From Vibrio vulnificus CMCP6 (GTDB taxonomy: Bacteria; Pseudomonadota; Gammaproteobacteria; Enterobacterales; Vibrionaceae), in NCBI RefSeq assembly GCF_000039765.1, contig NC_004460.2, forward strand, positions 420,001 to 452,000: 32,000 nucleotides of DNA, read 5' to 3'. The stretch's first letter is position 1. The number at the start of each line of letters is the position of its first letter. This document shows, one piece after another, positions 7,964-19,519 of the stretch. Both the position numbers and the translations under genes were made by a program. The notes under the pieces were generated by a model. The model did not search any database, was not told the DNA's origin, and saw only the letters and a list, made by a program, of their open reading frames with translations.

Positions 7964-9364
7964 ATGAAACCGTCAAAATTCGTTTTTCTCTCTGCTGCCA
8001 TCGCTTGCAGCCTCTCCAGTACCGCCAATGCAGACGCCATTTTGCATGCATTTAACTGGAAGTACTCCGACGTCACGCAAAACGCCTCGCAAATCGCGGC
8101 GGCGGGTTATAAAAAAGTGCTGATTTCGCCAGCACTGAAATCGAGTGGCAATGAATGGTGGGCACGTTATCAACCGCAAGATCTGCGCGTGATCGATTCC
8201 CCACTTGGCAACAAAAGTGACTTAAAATCCATGATTGATGCTCTGAAGGCGGTCGGCGTTGATGTGTATGCCGATGTGGTGCTTAACCATATGGCCAATG
8301 AAACATGGAAGCGTGAAGACTTAAATTACCCTGGCAGTGAAGTGCTGCAACAATACGCAGCTAACACCAGTTATTATGCGGACCAAACGCTTTTTGGCAA
8401 TTTAACGGAAAACCTATTCTCGGGCTTTGACTTCCACCCAGAAGGCTGTATTAGCGATTGGAATGATGCCGGCAATGTTCAGTACTGGCGTCTTTGTGGC
8501 GGTGCTGGTGACCGAGGGCTGCCAGACTTAGATCCGAACAACTGGGTGGTGTCACAGCAACGTTTGTATTTGAATGCGCTAAAAGGTTTAGGTGTGAAAG
8601 GCTTCCGCATTGATGCGGTTAAACACATGAGCCAATATCAAATCGACCAGATTTTCACTGCAGAGATTACCGCCGGAATGCACGTATTTGGTGAAGTGAT
8701 CACCAGTGGTGGCAAAGGCGACTCCAGCTATGAGAATTTCTTAGCGCCTTATCTCAACGCCACCAACCATTCGGCTTACGATTTCCCACTGTTCGCCTCT
8801 ATTCGCAACGCCTTCTCCTACAGCGGTGGCATGAATATGCTTCATGATCCACAAGCCTATGGTCAAGGGCTAGAAAACGCACGTTCAATTACCTTTACCA
8901 TCACGCACGACATCCCAACGAACGACGGTTTCCGTTATCAAATCATGGATCCGAAAGATGAAGAGCTGGCTTACGCTTATATCCTCGGTAAAGATGGCGG
9001 TACGCCACTGATTTACAGCGACAACTTACCTGATAACGAAGATCGCGATAATCGCCGTTGGGAAGGTGTTTGGAACCGTGACCTGATGAAGAACATGTTG
9101 CGCTTCCATAACCAAATGCAAGGGCAAGAGATGACGATGCTGTACAGCGACCAGTGTCTACTGATGTTTAAGCGAGGTAAACAAGGGGTGGTCGGCATTA
9201 ATAAATGCGGTGAAGAGCGTTCTCATACCGTTGACACCTATCAGCATGAGTTCAACTGGTATCAGCCTTACACAGATACACTCACTGGCGTGACTGAAAC
9301 CGTGAGTTCGCGTTACCACACCTTCCGAATTCCAGCTCGCAGCGCGCGCATGTACATGCTCTAA
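7964..9364 (+). CDS. Secreted alpha-amylase, GH13 family
   Basis: Signal peptide MKPSKFVFLSAAIACSLSSTANA. GH13 motifs DVYADVVLNHM, GFRIDAVKHM and FGEVITSG, plus HDIPTNDGFRY. Confidence 0.93.
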   Translation: MKPSKFVFLSAAIACSLSSTANADAILHAFNWKYSDVTQNASQIAAAGYKKVLISPALKSSGNEWWARYQPQDLRVIDSPLGNKSDLKSMIDALKAVGVDVYADVVLNHMANETWKREDLNYPGSEVLQQYAANTSYYADQTLFGNLTENLFSGFDFHPEGCISDWNDAGNVQYWRLCGGAGDRGLPDLDPNNWVVSQQRLYLNALKGLGVKGFRIDAVKHMSQYQIDQIFTAEITAGMHVFGEVITSGGKGDSSYENFLAPYLNATNHSAYDFPLFASIRNAFSYSGGMNMLHDPQAYGQGLENARSITFTITHDIPTNDGFRYQIMDPKDEELAYAYILGKDGGTPLIYSDNLPDNEDRDNRRWEGVWNRDLMKNMLRFHNQMQGQEMTMLYSDQCLLMFKRGKQGVVGINKCGEERSHTVDTYQHEFNWYQPYTDTLTGVTETVSSRYHTFRIPARSARMYML

Positions 9365-9385
9365 ACGTAGAGCAAGTATGACACC

Positions 9386-9415
9386 AAAAAAATCGGCACC
9401 TGAGGTGCCGATTTT
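9386..9415 (+). terminator. Intrinsic terminator between the amylase and MCP genes, possibly bidirectional
   Basis: AAAAAAATCGGCACC-TGA-GGTGCCGATTTT. Confidence 0.85.
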
Positions 9416-9454
9416 ATCATTACTATTCCAATCAATGGTTCTAGAAGCTCGAAG

Positions 9455-11344
9455 TTACAGCTTAAAGCGAGAAATCTCTCTATCCAAGTCGCCCGCAAGT
9501 GCATGCAGACGTTTGGCTTGTTCAACCGCGTCGATGGCGTCGTGTGCGAGTCGATCACTCACCTCACGCACCGACTCCGTGTTGCCATTGATATCGGCGG
9601 TCACCAGCGATTGCTCTTCAGCCGCCGACGCAATTTGCGTTGCCATATCGCTGATGGTTTGAATTGCTTCACCAATCGCAGTCAAACTCTCGCCCGTTAG
9701 ATTCACATCCGCAACACTGGTCTCGGCTAATTGATGACTTTGCTTCATCACAGACACCGCGTCGTTTGTGGCTTTTTGCAGCCCTTGAATCTTGCTTTGG
9801 ATCTCTTCTGTTGAGGCATGAGTACGTTGAGACAGAACACGAACTTCATCAGCAACCACCGCAAAACCGCGGCCTTGTTCACCAGCACGCGCCGCTTCAA
9901 TCGCCGCATTCAGCGCCAACAAGTTGGTCTGTTCTGCAATGTCTCTAATCGTTGCAAGAATGGTCGAGATTTGCTGACCATGCGCTTCCAGCTCACCAAT
10001 AATTTCGACTGCATTGTTGAGCTCACTCGCCAATGAGTGGATAGAATCTTGGCTCTTGGTCATTTGTTGGAAACCATGCTGACTCAGTTCCACCGACTGG
10101 TTGGCATTCTTCGCGGTGTTGTCTGCGTTGCCTGCAATTTCCGCCGTCGCTGACGCCATTTCCGTTACCGCGGTGGCCACCATCGTAATTTCATCTTGCT
10201 GCTGGCGAATGCTGTTGCTGCGCTGGGTTGCGGTACGCGCTGCTTCGTCAGCTCCGAGGTTCAATGCGCCAGAAACGTCGCGCACGTTTTTCACCATCAC
10301 ATGCAAGCGGTCGACGAACTTGTTGAACTTCTCAGCCAGTTGGCCTACTTCGTCTTGGCTGGTCACTTGCAAACGACGGGTTAAGTCGCCATCACCTTCG
10401 GCAATATCCGCCAACGCTTCGCTAACACGCCCCAGTTCGATCAACTGTCTTGCGACAAACCAAGAGGTTGCAGCGGCCATGATCACCAAGACCAACAAAC
10501 CGATTAACGCCTGACTAAACAGCATGTCCGTAATCGGCTCTTCAAGTGTGGCTTTGTCCATCTCCATCACAAGTAACCAGTCTGTGTACTCGATCGGCTG
10601 CGCCATGATCACTTTCTCAGCACCATTCACTGTCGCGTAGATGGCGGTATCGCTGTCTGCCGCTTGAATCAGTTGGGTAATATTCAGCTCAGAAGCGATC
10701 TCATGGATGGGTTTCAGCAGCACATCTTTATTTGGGTGTGCCACGATCGCCCCCTTACGGTTGACCAGAATGGCCTGACCATTCCCTGGCACTTGAATCG
10801 CTAGCACGTCTTTGATCAATTTATCCAACGCAAGGTTGGATGCCGCTACACCAATTAACTTGCCGTTTTGACGCACTGGATCTGTCAAAGTAACGACCAA
10901 AGTTTGCATGGTCACACTGACATAAGGCGCAGTGGTAATCGCGCGATCTTCCGCTTTTGCTTCTTTGTACCAACCACGAGCACGCGGGTCGTAACCGGGT
11001 TTGTTTAGCGAAGGATCATGACGGAACATTTCACCTTGTTCGTTACCGTAGTAGCTTAAGCCAAAGCCGCCAGCGATAAGGGTTTGGCGCAGGTGAGGCA
11101 CAATGTCCAGATTTGGGTTACGTTCAATCTCTTCTCTTAAACCTTTCACCGCCAATTGCTTGTCGTGAAACCAATCGGCAATGCCTTTGGCATGCGCTTC
11201 AAGCGTGTTGCGACTCTCGCTTTCAATCGCACGCCAGCTGTGAGTGTTAAACGTTTTGTATCCGACGAATAGTAAAGTGGCAGATGTGATTGCAATAGCC
11301 AAAACAACCGAGGAAACCATCTTCCTCTTCAAACTAAATTGCAT
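9455..11344 (-). CDS. Methyl-accepting chemotaxis protein with Cache-type sensor and HAMP domain
   Basis: C-terminal signalling hairpin [38 protein letters not shown]; N-terminal TM and periplasmic domain with [25 protein letters not shown]. Confidence 0.93.
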   Translation of the reverse strand: MQFSLKRKMVSSVVLAIAITSATLLFVGYKTFNTHSWRAIESESRNTLEAHAKGIADWFHDKQLAVKGLREEIERNPNLDIVPHLRQTLIAGGFGLSYYGNEQGEMFRHDPSLNKPGYDPRARGWYKEAKAEDRAITTAPYVSVTMQTLVVTLTDPVRQNGKLIGVAASNLALDKLIKDVLAIQVPGNGQAILVNRKGAIVAHPNKDVLLKPIHEIASELNITQLIQAADSDTAIYATVNGAEKVIMAQPIEYTDWLLVMEMDKATLEEPITDMLFSQALIGLLVLVIMAAATSWFVARQLIELGRVSEALADIAEGDGDLTRRLQVTSQDEVGQLAEKFNKFVDRLHVMVKNVRDVSGALNLGADEAARTATQRSNSIRQQQDEITMVATAVTEMASATAEIAGNADNTAKNANQSVELSQHGFQQMTKSQDSIHSLASELNNAVEIIGELEAHGQQISTILATIRDIAEQTNLLALNAAIEAARAGEQGRGFAVVADEVRVLSQRTHASTEEIQSKIQGLQKATNDAVSVMKQSHQLAETSVADVNLTGESLTAIGEAIQTISDMATQIASAAEEQSLVTADINGNTESVREVSDRLAHDAIDAVEQAKRLHALAGDLDREISRFKL

Positions 11345-11478
11345 AATTGACTCTCATTGTAGTTATAAACATTGTTGAATAACTGAGAATATACGTTTCG
11401 CTTTACAAATTTCTGGGTTTTAACTCTAAATTTATACTCAACCAGTTTGATTGATTTATCACTGTGTGATCTTGCTTC

Positions 11479-11508
11479 AAAACAACGGCGTCCGAAGACG
11501 CCGTTTTA
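11479..11508 (-). terminator. Intrinsic terminator downstream of the second MCP gene
   Basis: Minus strand AACGGCGTC-TTCG-GACGCCGTTGTTTT. Confidence 0.75.
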
Positions 11509-11540
11509 TTTCTTAAACATACTCTTTTAAGAACAAATAG

Positions 11541-13427
11541 TTATGACAACTTAAACGTGGCTACTTTCGCGCTGAGTTCCTCTGCTTGCTCTTTTAGCTG
11601 GTTCGACTCCACGGAGCTGTCTTGCGAGCTGACCACCAACTGATCGGCCACATCTTTGATCGACGTGATGTTTTGGGTGATCTCGCTGGTCACATGGGTT
11701 TGCTCTTCAGCCGCAGTGGCAATCTGCGTCGCCATGTCGCTAATGAGTGTGACCGCTGTGTTGATTTCTTCCAATGCCTGCGTCGCTTTATCCGCATCAG
11801 CAACTGAGTTGCCGGCTAACTTCGAGCTGTTTTCCATCAAGTTCACTGCACGATGCGTAATTTGTTGTAAGGCATCGATGGTGGATTTGATCTCTTCTGT
11901 CGAAGAATGAGTACGCTGCGACAACACACGCACTTCATCCGCCACGACCGCAAAGCCACGCCCTTGCTCCCCGGCTCGAGCCGCTTCAATCGCCGCGTTC
12001 AATGCCAACAAGTTGGTTTGTTCCGCAATGCCTTGAATCGTGGCAAGTACGGTCGAAATTTCCTGAGCATGACGATTAAGATCCGAAATCACGTTGCTCG
12101 CTTGGTCCAATTCGCTCGCTAGGCTATTGATCGAAGACTTGGTATGCAACACCAAGGCATGGCCATCGTTGGTGCTGGCAGCAGAATCCTGTGCTGCACG
12201 CGCAGTTTGCTCCGCATGCGATGCGATTTCTTGCGTGGCACTGGCCAGTTCAGTCACCGCCGTCGCAACCATGGTGATTTCTTGTTGTTGGTGATGAATT
12301 TCGTTCACTGCACTGTTTGCTCGATAAGTGCTTTTATCCGACTGTTGAGTAAGCTGATGAGACTGCTCGCGAATGTGGCCAATCAGTTGCTGTAAACTCG
12401 CGACAAATGTATTGAAATTATGAGCCAATTTACCCACTTCATCGTCGCTTTCAACCACAATACGTTGCGTTAAATCGCCACTGCCGTTGGCGATCTGTTC
12501 AAGCGCAACAGACACGTTATTGAGTGGACGGAACAGCAAATTACATAACATATTGAACAGTAGCGTACACACAATCACCACCACCGCGGTGACCAGAATT
12601 TGGCCGATGACAGCATCAAACAACGGCTCAACCAACGAGTTGTAATTGATAACACTCACGGTCGTCAGTTGCGTGCCTTCTATCGCTTTTGCATACACCA
12701 CGGATTTTTCACCAAAGACATCCACATAGATATCTTTGCCGTCTCGCGCAGCTTGGGTGATGTCATTAAACTTCAAGCCAAGTTGACTGACCGATTGATT
12801 CAGCAATTTGGTATCGGAGTGGGTAAACACATTGCCTTGCTGGTTGGCAATGAACATATAACCTTCACCAGGTAAGATTACCTTAGCCATACTGTTAAGA
12901 ATGTCGGTGATTTCCACATCCGCGCCCAATACCACTTGCTGACCATGCAATGAAAGAGCTTTACCTAATGAGACCACATTTGCCCCGGTTGCCGCGGCGA
13001 CAGTTGGGTTATCCATAAAGACTTTAGCTGGATTCGCCATGGCGTTTTTATACCAACCCCATTGGCGAGGATCATCGTTCCCCGGCGGTAAAACCACACC
13101 ATTCGCGTTGTCTTGCGCACCATCTGGGTAGGCGAGAAAGACATTGTCAAAACTGGCCGAATCTTTCACCTGTTTTAAATGAGTCACAATGGACTGTTTG
13201 TCGACTTCAGAGGATAGCGCCGTTAACGCTCGCTCTTTTGACAGTAGCCAGTCCGTTACATATTGATTGTATGACGCGGTGGTACTGGTCAAGCGCTGTT
13301 GTACCTCGACTTCCAACCGATTTAGCGAAGCGTTAAATGATAGCGCTTCAACCAAAAGTCCCCCGACAATAATGGCAGCGCTCGCTGAAACAGCGAGTTT
13401 GTTTTTTAAAGAAAGTTTTCTAAGCAT
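11541..13427 (-). CDS. Methyl-accepting chemotaxis protein with Cache-type sensor and HAMP domain
   Basis: [47 protein letters not shown]; periplasmic domain with [27 protein letters not shown]. Confidence 0.93.
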   Translation of the reverse strand: MLRKLSLKNKLAVSASAAIIVGGLLVEALSFNASLNRLEVEVQQRLTSTTASYNQYVTDWLLSKERALTALSSEVDKQSIVTHLKQVKDSASFDNVFLAYPDGAQDNANGVVLPPGNDDPRQWGWYKNAMANPAKVFMDNPTVAAATGANVVSLGKALSLHGQQVVLGADVEITDILNSMAKVILPGEGYMFIANQQGNVFTHSDTKLLNQSVSQLGLKFNDITQAARDGKDIYVDVFGEKSVVYAKAIEGTQLTTVSVINYNSLVEPLFDAVIGQILVTAVVVIVCTLLFNMLCNLLFRPLNNVSVALEQIANGSGDLTQRIVVESDDEVGKLAHNFNTFVASLQQLIGHIREQSHQLTQQSDKSTYRANSAVNEIHHQQQEITMVATAVTELASATQEIASHAEQTARAAQDSAASTNDGHALVLHTKSSINSLASELDQASNVISDLNRHAQEISTVLATIQGIAEQTNLLALNAAIEAARAGEQGRGFAVVADEVRVLSQRTHSSTEEIKSTIDALQQITHRAVNLMENSSKLAGNSVADADKATQALEEINTAVTLISDMATQIATAAEEQTHVTSEITQNITSIKDVADQLVVSSQDSSVESNQLKEQAEELSAKVATFKLS

Positions 13428-14199
13428 TGTAATCCTGCTCTTTGTTATTGATTTAGCTCAACACCTGTCACCGCCCTCACACAAAAGTGATTGGGTATCC
13501 TCGATGCCAGTGTTCCCGCACATTATAAATTCGAAGCTAAAAATAAATCATGACCAAGCTCTTAACTTTCAACATCCAACGTTCAACATCCAATCACTAT
13601 ACCCGTAAATTTTTCCTGAGGACTTAAGAGAGTTAAAACATACCAAAAATAGCGAAATAACAACCAAAACCTATTTCGATTTTTCATTGAATAAAAACAA
13701 ACTTATTTTAGAGCAATAATTCTAAAATAAATTTCTGCATTAAATAATTTAGTGATGACAAATATGAATAAATAGATTTCATTTTTATCAATTTAAAAAT
13801 TCAAGCCAATAATTAAGAAAGAGTTAAATTAAAAATAACTAATTAACCACCCTCTTTTTTAGTCAAATCTTACACATAAAAAGCCAAAACAAAAATAACA
13901 TAAAAACAATAAGATAAAATAACAACGTCCACATTAATCAATAAATTAAATTTAGAGCAAGCTTATATTAGATCACTTTTAAAACAATAACAGATCAGAT
14001 ATTAATCTGTTGATTTTGTGATAATGAGCCAAAAAATACTTTTATTTTATTTATATGAAATATTTTCAGGATTATTAATAAATAGCCAACAGGATTTTGG
14101 TGCATATCTATTCTCAAGGACGAACCAAACAATCTCCATACAAATATTAATGTTATGGAGAAAATAACAATAATAACCCTTACTCGTAATGAGGAATCT

Positions 14200-14706
14200 A
14201 TGCTTAATAACAAAAATAGAAATGTAGGACGCCTTACCGTACTCTGCTGTTTGTTTGCGGCGAATACTTTTGCTGATGTTCAAATTTTGGGCAGCGAAAG
14301 TGAGCTTTCACAAACCATTGCCGATCAGTACCAACAAAATGTCACGCTGTTTAACGGCCAGCTAAACAGTAATGATGTGTTGTATGTCAATGTAGGAACA
14401 GCAACAGATGATGAAATCACTCAAGCAAAAAGTCATATCATCTCCGGTAGCACCGTGGTGATTGATTTGACTCAAATTGCTGGTGACGACGCAAGGCTTG
14501 ATTGGAGCCAAAAACTCACTGGTTTAGGACTGTCAGCGCCTGTTGTGGTTACGGGGGTTTATCAAGGCGACGCCTTAGTCAATGCGATTGTCAGCGATGT
14601 CACCGACGAGAATGACAACCCAATCAACGATCCCCAAGCCGAGTTAGAGAGCGTTAAACTTTCTCTCACTCATGCCCTAGACCGCTTCCAATCTGAGGGA
14701 AAATAA
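14200..14706 (+). CDS. VvhB-like accessory protein encoded upstream of the haemolysin
   Basis: Small secreted protein (MLNNKNRNVGRLTVLCCLFAANTFADVQIL...) directly upstream of the haemolysin; 1-nt gap. GAGG lies just before ATG 14200. The ORF caller's start at 14155 is less likely. Assignment leans on gene order. Confidence 0.7.
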   Translation: MLNNKNRNVGRLTVLCCLFAANTFADVQILGSESELSQTIADQYQQNVTLFNGQLNSNDVLYVNVGTATDDEITQAKSHIISGSTVVIDLTQIAGDDARLDWSQKLTGLGLSAPVVVTGVYQGDALVNAIVSDVTDENDNPINDPQAELESVKLSLTHALDRFQSEGK

Positions 14707-14707
14707 G

Positions 14708-16123
14708 ATGAAAAAAATGACTCTGTTTACCCTTTCTCTTTTAGCTACCGCGGTACAGGTTGGCGCACAAGAATATGTGCCGATTGTTGAGAAACCTATT
14801 TATATCACCAGCTCAAAAATTAAGTGTGTGTTGCACACAAGCGGTGATTTCAACGCCACACGAGACTGGTGTAATGCGGGTGCTTCCATCGATGTTCGCG
14901 TCAATGTGGCACAAATGCGCTCGGTACAATCGGCAACGTCAGATGGTTTTACTCCTGACGCCAAAATTGTCCGTTTCACCGTCGATGCCGACAAGCCTGG
15001 CACGGGTATTCATTTGGTTAACGAGCTTCAGCAAGATCACAGCTGGTTCCAGAGCTGGGCAAACCGCCGCACTTACATTGGTCCATTCGCCAGCAGTTAC
15101 GACCTTTGGGTGAAACCGGTTTCGGGTTACACACCGAAAAAAGCCCGTGACCTACCGCAGAATGAGAACAAAAACTACCAACACCGCGATACTTACGGTT
15201 ACTCCATCGGTATTAACGGTAAAGTGGGCGCGGAAGTGAACAAAGACGGCCCGAAAGTGGGCGGCGAAGTCAGTGGCTCATTTACCTACAACTACTCGAA
15301 GACCTTGGTGTTTGATACAAAAGACTATCGCATCAACAACCGTTCATCACTGAGTGATTTTGATATTTCATTCGAGCGTGAGTTTGGTGAGTGTGATGAA
15401 CTGCGCCGCCAAGAGCTTGGGTGCTATTTCACCGCCGCTCACTGGGGCAGTGGTTGGGTATTTGATAAGACGAAGTTCAACCCTATCTCTTATTCCAACT
15501 TCAAACCGAACTATGACGTTTTGTACGAAGCGCCCGTGTCTGAAACTGGCGTAACGGATTTTGAGATGGGCGTGAAACTCAACTATCGTGCACGCTTTGG
15601 TACCGTTCTTCCTTCTGCGCTGTTTTCGGTTTACGGCTCTGCGGGCTCGTCAACCAACAGCAGTACTGTGAAACAACGTATTCGCATCGACTGGAATCAC
15701 CCACTGTTTGAAGCGGAAGCACACGTTACACTACAGTCACTGAGCAACAACGATCTCTGCCTAGATGTTTATGGTGAGAACGGTGACAAAACGGTTGCGG
15801 GTGGTTCGGTTAACGGCTGGAGCTGTCACGGCAGTTGGAACCAAGTTTGGGGCCTAGATAAAGAAGAACGTTATCGTAGCCGAGTGGCATCCGATCGTTG
15901 TTTGACCGTAAACGCAGACAAAACGCTCACAGTCGAACAGTGTGGTGCGAACTTAGCACAGAAATGGTATTGGGAAGGCGATAAGCTCATTAGCCGCTAT
16001 GTTGATGGCAACAATACTCGCTACCTTCTAAACATTGTCGGTGGTCGTAATGTTCAAGTGACCCCTGAAAATGAAGCAAATCAGGCACGTTGGAAACCCA
16101 CATTACAACAAGTCAAACTCTAG
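14708..16123 (+). CDS. Pore-forming cytolysin of the leukocidin/haemolysin superfamily, VvhA-like, with C-terminal ricin-B/beta-trefoil-like region
   Basis: 471 aa with signal peptide. Central ...DFDISFEREFGECDELRRQELGCYFTAAHWGSGWVFDKTKFNPISYSNFKPNYDVLYEAP... is leukocidin-like. The C-terminus has QxW-like repeats (GSWNQVWGLD, LAQKWYWEGD). Confidence 0.88.
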   Translation: MKKMTLFTLSLLATAVQVGAQEYVPIVEKPIYITSSKIKCVLHTSGDFNATRDWCNAGASIDVRVNVAQMRSVQSATSDGFTPDAKIVRFTVDADKPGTGIHLVNELQQDHSWFQSWANRRTYIGPFASSYDLWVKPVSGYTPKKARDLPQNENKNYQHRDTYGYSIGINGKVGAEVNKDGPKVGGEVSGSFTYNYSKTLVFDTKDYRINNRSSLSDFDISFEREFGECDELRRQELGCYFTAAHWGSGWVFDKTKFNPISYSNFKPNYDVLYEAPVSETGVTDFEMGVKLNYRARFGTVLPSALFSVYGSAGSSTNSSTVKQRIRIDWNHPLFEAEAHVTLQSLSNNDLCLDVYGENGDKTVAGGSVNGWSCHGSWNQVWGLDKEERYRSRVASDRCLTVNADKTLTVEQCGANLAQKWYWEGDKLISRYVDGNNTRYLLNIVGGRNVQVTPENEANQARWKPTLQQVKL

Positions 16124-16147
16124 GCTCTGTTGCCTTAGCGATAACCA

Positions 16148-16178
16148 AACGCTCCCCGTATATTAGGGAGCGTTTTTC
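16148..16178 (+). terminator. Intrinsic terminator of the haemolysin operon
   Basis: AACGCTCCC-CGTATATTA-GGGAGCGTTTTT. Confidence 0.85.
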
Positions 16179-16566
16179 TTTATTCGCCATCTATTCGTCA
16201 TCTACTTTCCTTCTTTTTTATCCCGAGCTACGTGATTGAGTTTGTTTCCTTCTCTACGGTCTAGCCAGTGACCTTTTACTTTCGTTTGCTCATTTATCAA
16301 TCAATTTGTCTCTTTTTTGGATTTTCGAACTTTGTTGAAAGTGAGATCAGCAATCCATAACCTCAAGTTAATACTCTATTTTGTAAATTAATTAATTGAA
16401 ATGTAACATTTCTCACAGAAATTACTTTCATAGAATACGAAAATTCCCACGCTTTCGAACGAAACCGTTTGCTCGTTCGCACACTAACGAAATGAGTTCC
16501 TGATTACCCTACACCTTACTTCGGGCTCCTTTCGATACCATCGCAAAATACAATAAGAGGCTTTCC

Positions 16567-17943
16567 ATGTTTGGTATATTCAAACCTAAGGCGCATATCG
16601 ATCGCGTTTCCAGCGACTCGCTCGACAGCACCTACTCACGTCTACGCTGGCAATTGTTCATCGGTATTTTCGTCGGCTACGCTGGCTACTACCTTGTCCG
16701 TAAGAACTTTAGTTTGGCGATGCCCTACCTGATTGAGCAAGGCTTTAGCCGGGGCGATCTTGGTGTGGCTTTGGCCGCCGTCTCCATTGCTTATGGTCTG
16801 TCTAAGTTTCTAATGGGCAGCGTCTCTGACCGTTCTGATCCTCGCTATTTCTTAAGTGCGGGTTTGGTGATGTCTTCCTTGGTCATGTTCTGCTTCGGCT
16901 TTATGCCATGGGCAACTGGCAGCATCACGGCAATGTTTATCTTGCTGTTCCTCAACGGATGGTTCCAAGGTATGGGTTGGCCTGCGTGTGGGCGCACCAT
17001 GGTGCACTGGTGGTCACGTAAAGAGCGTGGTGAGATCGTTTCAGTGTGGAACGTGGCACACAACGTCGGTGGTGGCTTGATTGGTCCTATCTTCCTATTT
17101 GGTTTGTGGATGTTTAATGATGACTGGCGCACTGCGTTTTATGTGCCGGCATTTTTCGCCATGATCGTCGCAGTATTCATCTGGCTCACCGTGCGTGATA
17201 CTCCACAATCCTGTGGCCTACCGCCAATTGAAGAGTACAAAAACGACTACCCAGATGATTACAACACGTCTCATGAAACAGAGATGACCGCAAAAGAAAT
17301 TTTCTTTAAGTATGTATTTTCAAACAAACTTTTGTGGTCGATAGCTATTGCTAATGCTTTCGTTTATTTGATTCGTTACGGTGTATTGGACTGGGCGCCA
17401 GTGTACTTAAAAGAAGCGAAAGAGTTCACGGTAGATAAATCATCTTGGGCTTACTTCCTATACGAATGGGCGGGTATTCCAGGCACGCTATTGTGTGGTT
17501 GGATTTCAGATAAACTGTTCAAAGGCCGCCGCGCACCAGCTGGCATCCTATTTATGTTCCTTGTCACTCTGGCGGTTCTTGTTTACTGGTTTAACCCAGC
17601 GGGCAACCCAGGTATTGATATGGCGGCGCTGGTAGCAATCGGCTTCCTGATCTACGGTCCTGTCATGCTTATCGGCCTTTATGCGCTTGAGCTTGCTCCG
17701 AAGAAAGCGGCAGGTACAGCAGCAGGTTTGACTGGTCTATTTGGTTACCTAGGGGGGGCCGTGGCAGCCAACGCGGTATTAGGTTACACCGTAGACCATT
17801 TCGGCTGGGATGGCGGCTTCATTATTCTGGTTGGTTCTTGTATCACTTCTATCGTTTGTTTGACTTACGCATTGCTGGGTGAAAAAGCCCATCATGATGC
17901 CAAACAAAAAGAGAAGGAAAAAGAACAAGAAGCCATCGCGTAA
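16567..17943 (+). CDS. glpT: Glycerol-3-phosphate transporter (MFS)
   Basis: MFS protein with [77 protein letters not shown]; organophosphate:Pi antiporter features; adjacent to glpQ. Confidence 0.93.
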   Translation: MFGIFKPKAHIDRVSSDSLDSTYSRLRWQLFIGIFVGYAGYYLVRKNFSLAMPYLIEQGFSRGDLGVALAAVSIAYGLSKFLMGSVSDRSDPRYFLSAGLVMSSLVMFCFGFMPWATGSITAMFILLFLNGWFQGMGWPACGRTMVHWWSRKERGEIVSVWNVAHNVGGGLIGPIFLFGLWMFNDDWRTAFYVPAFFAMIVAVFIWLTVRDTPQSCGLPPIEEYKNDYPDDYNTSHETEMTAKEIFFKYVFSNKLLWSIAIANAFVYLIRYGVLDWAPVYLKEAKEFTVDKSSWAYFLYEWAGIPGTLLCGWISDKLFKGRRAPAGILFMFLVTLAVLVYWFNPAGNPGIDMAALVAIGFLIYGPVMLIGLYALELAPKKAAGTAAGLTGLFGYLGGAVAANAVLGYTVDHFGWDGGFIILVGSCITSIVCLTYALLGEKAHHDAKQKEKEKEQEAIA

Positions 17944-17956
17944 CTGAACTTCCTCA

Positions 17957-17997
17957 GGCCCATCTTTTTGCTTAGTCGAACTGATGGGCCATTTTTT
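17957..17997 (+). terminator. Intrinsic terminator downstream of glpT
   Basis: GGCCCATC ... GATGGGCC followed by ATTTTTT. Confidence 0.75.
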
Positions 17998-18192
17998 ATG
18001 TCCAGACTACTCGGAGTGGCAGGCAGACGAAAGTGAGTGACGCTCACGAGCGTAAGCGAACCAAAACCTCAACCGCTTCTAGTAGAAAAAAAATAAGCGC
18101 GAGTGTCATGGAGCATTCATATTCCTCCGTCACCATAAGCGCCTCTGATATATACCCAACCAAAATATCGCTATCAGAACAAGGAACTCATC

Positions 18193-19251
18193 ATGAAACT
18201 TACCCCTCTTTTTCTTTCCCTTGCTGGCCTGTTAACCACTTCTGCTTTTGCCGAACCTCTTGTTATTGCTCACCGTGGTGCTTCGGGCTATTTGCCTGAG
18301 CACACACTGGAAGCGAAAACCTTGGCTTATGCCATGAAGCCTGACTACATCGAGCAAGATGTTGTCATGACCAAAGACGACCAATTGGTTGTTTTGCACG
18401 ACCACTACCTGGATCGCGTGACCGATGTTGCTGAGAAATTCCCCAATCGCGCACGTGCTGACGGCCGCTACTACGCCATCGACTTCACTTTGGCTGAAAT
18501 CAAAACCTTGAAAGTGACCGAAGGCTTCAACATCGATGATAAAGGCAACAAAGTGCAGGGCTACCCAACTCGCTTCCCTATGTGGAAGTCTGATTTCACC
18601 GTCCCGACACTGGCCGAAGAAATTGAGCTGATTCAAGGCTTAAACAAAACCCTAGGCTATGACATCGGCATTTATCCTGAGATCAAAGCACCTTGGTTCC
18701 ATCGTCACGAAGGTAAAGACATCAGTAAAGCGGTTCTTAATACGTTGAAAGCGTATGGCTATACCGATAAGAACAATAAAGTCTATTTGCAGTGTTTCGA
18801 TCCGATTGAACTAAAACGCATTAACGATGAGTTGATGCCAGCGATGAAAATGGACCTAAAATTGGTTCAGCTCATGGCCTACACAGACTGGAACGAAACC
18901 ATGGTGTATAAGGGCAACCAAGCATCACCTTATGACTACGATTGGATGTTTAAACCCGGTGCGATGCAAGAAGTCGCGAAATACGCGGAAGGAATTGGCC
19001 CTTGGAAACCGATGCTGGTCGATGACAAATCCACGAAAGAGAACATCATTGTATTACCACTCATGAATGAAGCCAAACAAGCAGGGTTAGCGGTTCATCC
19101 CTACACCTTCCGTGCCGATCCTGGTCGGATTGCCCCTTATGCGACCGATTTCGAGGGTATGCTCGACGTCTTTTACAACCAAGTCAAAGTGGATGGATTG
19201 TTCACCGATTTTCCGGATAAAGCGGTTGCTTTCCTAGAAAAGCAACAGTAA
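18193..19251 (+). CDS. glpQ: Periplasmic glycerophosphodiester phosphodiesterase
   Basis: Signal peptide, then PLVIAHRGASGYLPEHTLEAKTLAYAMKPDYIEQDVVMTKDDQLVVLHDHYLDRVTDV, the GDPD catalytic signature. Confidence 0.95.
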   Translation: MKLTPLFLSLAGLLTTSAFAEPLVIAHRGASGYLPEHTLEAKTLAYAMKPDYIEQDVVMTKDDQLVVLHDHYLDRVTDVAEKFPNRARADGRYYAIDFTLAEIKTLKVTEGFNIDDKGNKVQGYPTRFPMWKSDFTVPTLAEEIELIQGLNKTLGYDIGIYPEIKAPWFHRHEGKDISKAVLNTLKAYGYTDKNNKVYLQCFDPIELKRINDELMPAMKMDLKLVQLMAYTDWNETMVYKGNQASPYDYDWMFKPGAMQEVAKYAEGIGPWKPMLVDDKSTKENIIVLPLMNEAKQAGLAVHPYTFRADPGRIAPYATDFEGMLDVFYNQVKVDGLFTDFPDKAVAFLEKQQ

Positions 19252-19283
19252 TTCCCCTACAGTCTATAATGACTTAATCCTTT

Positions 19284-19316
19284 AAGGCTGGCATTTTGCC
19301 AGCCTTTATTTTTTTA
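19284..19316 (+). terminator. Intrinsic terminator downstream of glpQ
   Basis: AAGGCTGGCATTTTGCCAGCCTTTATTTTTTT. Confidence 0.88.
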
Positions 19317-19519
19317 GGACGCTGTTTTGCCGAGCTTTTTTCTTACTAATCGTCACTTTATGGCGTAAGATCCAGATCGCATTAGAGTAAAACACTTAGC
19401 TTCAGGACAAAAATACTTTAATAAAATGTTAAGATTCTCTGGCAGATTGACTACGCTGAAGTCAAAACATTATTTGCTCCGGAGAAATGACATTCCGGAT
19501 AATCTAGCAAGGAGATTTC

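Noticed and set aside
9378-10514. Plus-strand ORFs (94, 94, 72, 137, 62 aa and others) overlapping the first chemoreceptor gene
   Set aside because: They lie antisense to a well supported MCP and have low-complexity Ser/Ala/Arg-rich translations typical of the shadow frames of conserved coding DNA. No RBS or family resemblance.
11622-12875. Plus-strand ORFs opposite the second chemoreceptor gene
   Set aside because: Same reasoning: shadow frames of the minus-strand MCP.
13568-13593. Short tandem repeat TTCAACATCCAA-CG-TTCAACATCCAA
   Set aside because: Only two copies of a 12-mer with a 14-bp period. Not enough for a repeat array or a regulatory claim.
13995-14283. Minus-strand ORFs of 72 and 78 aa upstream of the haemolysin operon
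   Set aside because: AT-rich overlapping frames with hydrophobic translations and no recognisable domain; probably chance ORFs in an AT-rich intergenic region.
18010-18175. Hairpins such as ACGCTCACGAGCGT between glpT and glpQ, considered as a small RNA or repeat element
   Set aside because: Short stems without a T tract or a recognisable family, and no second copy seen in the window.
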